DNA from: Patescibacteria group bacterium
GTDB taxonomy: Bacteria; Patescibacteriota; Patescibacteriia; UM-FILTER-42-10
Direction of reading: 5' to 3'
Assembly: GCA_041666485.1 (NCBI GenBank)
Contig: JBAYGW010000006.1
Span: 1 to 52,301, forward strand
Length of the DNA stretch: 52,301 nt
Below the pieces are notes generated by a model. That model was given only the letters and a program-made list of their open reading frames with translations, was not told the origin of the DNA and ran no database searches. Made by a program: the position numbers and the translations under genes. Of this stretch, positions 49,323-52,301 are shown piece after piece (the first letter of the stretch is position 1; each line of letters opens with the position of its first letter).

Positions 49323-50690
49323 ATGTCAAAAAAATTACTTTTCATCTTAGCTCCGCTTGCCGTAATCGCAATTTTTGTCATTATATTTTCCATGCTCAGC
49401 GGAGGAAAAACAAAAGTACCCGCCAGCGCAATCACTCCCAAAACACTAACTTATTGGCGCGTACAGGATAGTCAGGCAAGTTTTGATCCGATTATTACTT
49501 CCTGGAGAGCTATGCACCCGAATGTTACGATCCAATATCGTACACTACGTTATGAAGAATATGAACAGGCACTTTTGGAAGCATGGGCCAAGGGTGAAGG
49601 ACCGGATATCTATTCAATTCCGAATACTTGGGTACATAAATATCAAGATTTTATAACTCCCATGCCCGCTTCAACCGGATTGGCATATTACAGTACGGTA
49701 AAATCACTCGGTATAAAAGAAGAACAGAAAATAGAATACAAAGAAACCCCTTCCATCCAACTCCCCCAGCTCGCAAACAACTTTGTTGATTCAGTTTATG
49801 AAGATGTTGTTATTGAGGATAAAATATACGGTTTGCCGTACTCCGTGGATAATATAGGACTGTTTTATAATAAAGAGCTATTGAACCAAGCGAAAATACC
49901 GCTACCTCCGACTACCTATTCGGAATTACTGGCTGATGTCAAAAAATTAACAAAAATTGACAGCGAAGGAAATATTATTCAAGCCGGCGTCGCCTTGGGC
50001 GGGACAGAAAATATACCGCGGTCTATGGATATTCTTTTCCTTCTAATGCTACAAAGCCGTTCAACATTAACTGATCCGCCTAATTTTCTGTTATCAATTC
50101 CTGACGATCCGCAGACAATCCCGGCCGTTAATGCACTTGATTTTTATGCTCAATTTTCCGACCCGAATAAAGAAGTATATACCTGGAATAAAGACCTGCC
50201 AAACGCCCTAGAAATGTTCGCCCAGGGAAAACTGGCCTTCTTTTTCGGCTATTCTTACAATATACCGCTCATTGATCAACTCAGTGCAGGCCAGCTCAGT
50301 TATGGAACTGCCAATGTCCCACAACTTAACCAAGACCTGAATTATGCAAATTATTGGGTGGAAACAGTTGCGCAAAGCAGTAAATATGCCAATGAAGCTT
50401 GGGATTTTCTGCAATATGCAACAAGAGTTGAGAACGTAACAGGCTACCTGGAATCATCGGGCAGACCAACAGCACTGAAAGCGCTTGTTGATGTACAAAG
50501 AGAAGACTTTTTACTTCGTCCGTTTATAGAACAATCGCTGGTGGCAAAAAACTGGTACCATGGTAAAAAACCGAACATTATGGAGCAGTACATTACTGAT
50601 GCAATTGACAGTGTAGTAAATAACCAGCTAGAGGCCAAAGAAGCATTACAATTAGCTCAAAAATTGATCCTACAAACATACACTGACTAG
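49323..50690 (+). CDS. Extracellular solute-binding protein (ABC sugar-type, family 1-like), membrane-anchored
   Basis: An N-terminal TM and LTYWRV...W...HPNVTIQY...YE..L..A.A.G.GPDI, the typical SBP_bac_1 N-lobe pattern. No cognate permease or ATPase lies in the window. Confidence 0.65.
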   Translation: MSKKLLFILAPLAVIAIFVIIFSMLSGGKTKVPASAITPKTLTYWRVQDSQASFDPIITSWRAMHPNVTIQYRTLRYEEYEQALLEAWAKGEGPDIYSIPNTWVHKYQDFITPMPASTGLAYYSTVKSLGIKEEQKIEYKETPSIQLPQLANNFVDSVYEDVVIEDKIYGLPYSVDNIGLFYNKELLNQAKIPLPPTTYSELLADVKKLTKIDSEGNIIQAGVALGGTENIPRSMDILFLLMLQSRSTLTDPPNFLLSIPDDPQTIPAVNALDFYAQFSDPNKEVYTWNKDLPNALEMFAQGKLAFFFGYSYNIPLIDQLSAGQLSYGTANVPQLNQDLNYANYWVETVAQSSKYANEAWDFLQYATRVENVTGYLESSGRPTALKALVDVQREDFLLRPFIEQSLVAKNWYHGKKPNIMEQYITDAIDSVVNNQLEAKEALQLAQKLILQTYTD

Positions 50691-50691
50691 C

Positions 50692-51393
50692 ATGAAGAAC
50701 CGTTATATTTTATTTTCTGTTGCCACATTTATTGTACTATCTGTTTTATTGCCAGTTACTCCCGTATTAGCAGACTGCGACACGGGGAATTTTCTTCCGC
50801 CTTGCACCTGTAGCGGACAATGTAAATTGACAGACTTCCTAGCATTAGGAGCAAATATCATGAAATACGCAGTCGGCGCAGTGGCCGCTGTTGCAATAGG
50901 TTTTATTATTAACGGTGGATTTACCTTACTGATGGCAATGGGCAATTCGGAAAAGATTGATTCGGGGAAAAAGCAATTGAGCGGAACTTTTAAGGGAGTT
51001 GCCATGGTCATGCTGACATGGATACTGGTAAGTACAATTATATTTTTTGCAACTGGTAAAACTGATGGTCTTGTCTTCGGCAGAGGAAAAAAATGGTGGG
51101 AATTCAAAGAAACTCAACTATATGAAATGTACCTGCCTTACGAACCTGGCAGTTTTTGCCCGGTCCGCACTTTTGCGCCGCCAGCAAATGTAACTTGCAC
51201 GCCGTATAATTTTTATCTGAATCCGCAGACCTGTACCAATACGAGTTCCTATGATGACGCGATGAAAGCAAGTGGTAATTGCCGTAAGCTAGGTGTTTGC
51301 GAGGGAGGGTCAGAAATGCTTTGTTGCGATCAGGGTAAGGCCACCAGTTGTCCGAGCAGTGATGATGTAAAAAAATATATTACCGGTGAATAA
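50692..51393 (+). CDS. TrbC/VirB2-like (T4SS-type) pilin-family protein with a Cys-rich C-terminal extension
   Basis: Signal plus a Cys-rich stretch (ADCDTGNFLPPCTCSGQC). Two TMs bracket a conserved loop: AVAAVAIGFIINGGFTLLMAMGNSEKIDSGKKQL...VAMVMLTWILV. The extra ~110-aa tail has 10 Cys. Confidence 0.6.
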   Translation: MKNRYILFSVATFIVLSVLLPVTPVLADCDTGNFLPPCTCSGQCKLTDFLALGANIMKYAVGAVAAVAIGFIINGGFTLLMAMGNSEKIDSGKKQLSGTFKGVAMVMLTWILVSTIIFFATGKTDGLVFGRGKKWWEFKETQLYEMYLPYEPGSFCPVRTFAPPANVTCTPYNFYLNPQTCTNTSSYDDAMKASGNCRKLGVCEGGSEMLCCDQGKATSCPSSDDVKKYITGE

Positions 51394-51414
51394 ATAATTA
51401 TTATTACTATTAAT

Positions 51415-51831
51415 ATGAAATCAAATCAAATTAAGTACTCTCTAATATTGCTTTTCATCGTAATAACACTGTTTTCCATTGCACCCAGAATTGTTACTGC
51501 AGAATCTGTTTGCTGCGATACCGGCTCCCCATGCACCGAAGGAAATCAGTGTTCAAATGGAGTTTGTGGTGGTCTTTGTAATCCGCTTGGTAGTACAGAA
51601 ATGTCTTTAATTGATCTTTGGGTCAGAATTCTACAATTAATGCTTGGCGGAGTAGGTTTGTTCGGAGTAATGATGTTTATTTATGGCGGATTTATTATGC
51701 TCACCTCGGCCGGTAACCCGGATAAAGTAAAAAAGGCTAAAGATACCTTGGTTTGGGCAGTCCTCGGCCTCGCCACCATATTCGTTAGCGGCACAGTGGT
51801 GCGATATCTTTTTGATAACTTTAAATTTTAG
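51415..51831 (+). CDS. TrbC/VirB2-like (T4SS-type) pilin-family protein
   Basis: Signal and a Cys-rich segment (ESVCCDTGSPCTEGNQCSNGVCGGLC). Then LMLGGVGLFGVMMFIYGGFIMLTSAGNPDKVKKAKDTLVWAVLGLATIFV, which is the classic pilin pattern seen in CPR genomes. Confidence 0.7.
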   Translation: MKSNQIKYSLILLFIVITLFSIAPRIVTAESVCCDTGSPCTEGNQCSNGVCGGLCNPLGSTEMSLIDLWVRILQLMLGGVGLFGVMMFIYGGFIMLTSAGNPDKVKKAKDTLVWAVLGLATIFVSGTVVRYLFDNFKF

Positions 51832-51997
51832 CGGCGTACAAAAAAATCCTACCAAATTTTGAGCACTAAATTTGTTCTGTTTTCATACGTCGCCGGTTAA
51901 TCAGTAAATGACACTTGATTAGCTAAGATTAGCGGATAAAATATACTAAATTGCTTTCCATAATAATATGTGAAAGCATTTTTAGTGATGTATTTAT

Positions 51998-52027
51998 TTG
52001 ACATAATTAGGTATATTAGACTATAAT
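51998..52027 (+). promoter_or_regulatory. Sigma70-like promoter for the third pilin-like gene
   Basis: TTGACA (51998-52003), an 18-nt spacer, then TATAAT (52022-52027). Confidence 0.55.
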
Positions 52028-52085
52028 AAAAATATTATATATCCTCAATTTATATATCCTACTAAAGGGAAAGGGGGTGAAAAAT

Positions 52086-52301
52086 ATGAAAAAAATCGTA
52101 GGTCTACTCTCAGGAGTTGGAGCGTTGGTGGTAACAAAGACCGCTTATGCCGTCAGCTTCTATGACCCTTCACTAACCTTAGGACTTGGTAGCGCTGACC
52201 TTCAGCAAACCGTTATCGGACTGATCCAGTGGGTACTCGGATTTTTAGGTCTAATCGCGGTAATCATGATCCTAATCGGTGGCTTCAAATGGATGACTGC
52301 A
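52086..52301 (+). CDS. TrbC/VirB2-like pilin-family protein, truncated by the window end
   Basis: AAGGGGGTG lies 8 nt upstream of ATG 52086. My translation is MKKIVGLLSGVGALVVTKTAYA...LQQTVIGLIQWVLGFLGLIAVIMILIGGFKWMTA. The 3' end lies outside the window. Confidence 0.6.
   Translation, partial: MKKIVGLLSGVGALVVTKTAYAVSFYDPSLTLGLGSADLQQTVIGLIQWVLGFLGLIAVIMILIGGFKWMTA

Overview
This is a 52.3-kb AT-rich bacterial contig. Typical 60-nt lines that I counted by hand gave 23-43% GC. Stop-codon usage is standard and almost all genes are on the + strand. The gene content suggests a Patescibacteria/CPR-type genome: small TrbC/VirB2-like pilins, membrane-anchored cohesin proteins, a giant repetitive surface protein, many small lipoproteins and sparse metabolism. 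That assignment is inference only.

Order of content:
- A complete 5S rRNA with terminators.
- A sugar-phosphate block: an RHH-nucleotidyltransferase fusion and a PPi-type phosphofructokinase flanked by two GC-rich PfkB kinases.
- An M23/FG-GAP peptidase.
- tRNA-Ser(CGA), whose 3' end is repeated twice downstream around a small cassette.
- Envelope and housekeeping genes: YggT-like, Na/Ca-exchanger-like, GNAT-like, carbamate kinase, HI0933-type flavoprotein, flavodoxin-like, methyltransferase, HAD, and an ABC-2 exporter.
- A surface-structure locus at 24.0-48.4 kb (described below).
- galU, a solute-binding protein and three T4SS-pilin-like genes, the last truncated by the window edge.

The main candidate for a novel system is the 24.0-48.4 kb locus. 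It contains:
- a small excisionase-type HTH gene, absent from the ORF track, that overlaps the start of a 4732-aa repeat protein;
- three ~360-aa secreted paralogues that share the giant protein's C-terminal ~160-aa domain;
- two ~335-aa Ig-like paralogues with a C-terminal membrane anchor;
- one dockerin protein and two membrane-anchored cohesin proteins;
- an IS200/RAYT-like transposase flanked by REP-like repeats.

The second notable signal is four short GC-rich islands (53-60% GC in the lines I counted). Each holds a single gene embedded in the AT-rich backbone.

All functional calls come from motif recognition by eye. No database search was run.
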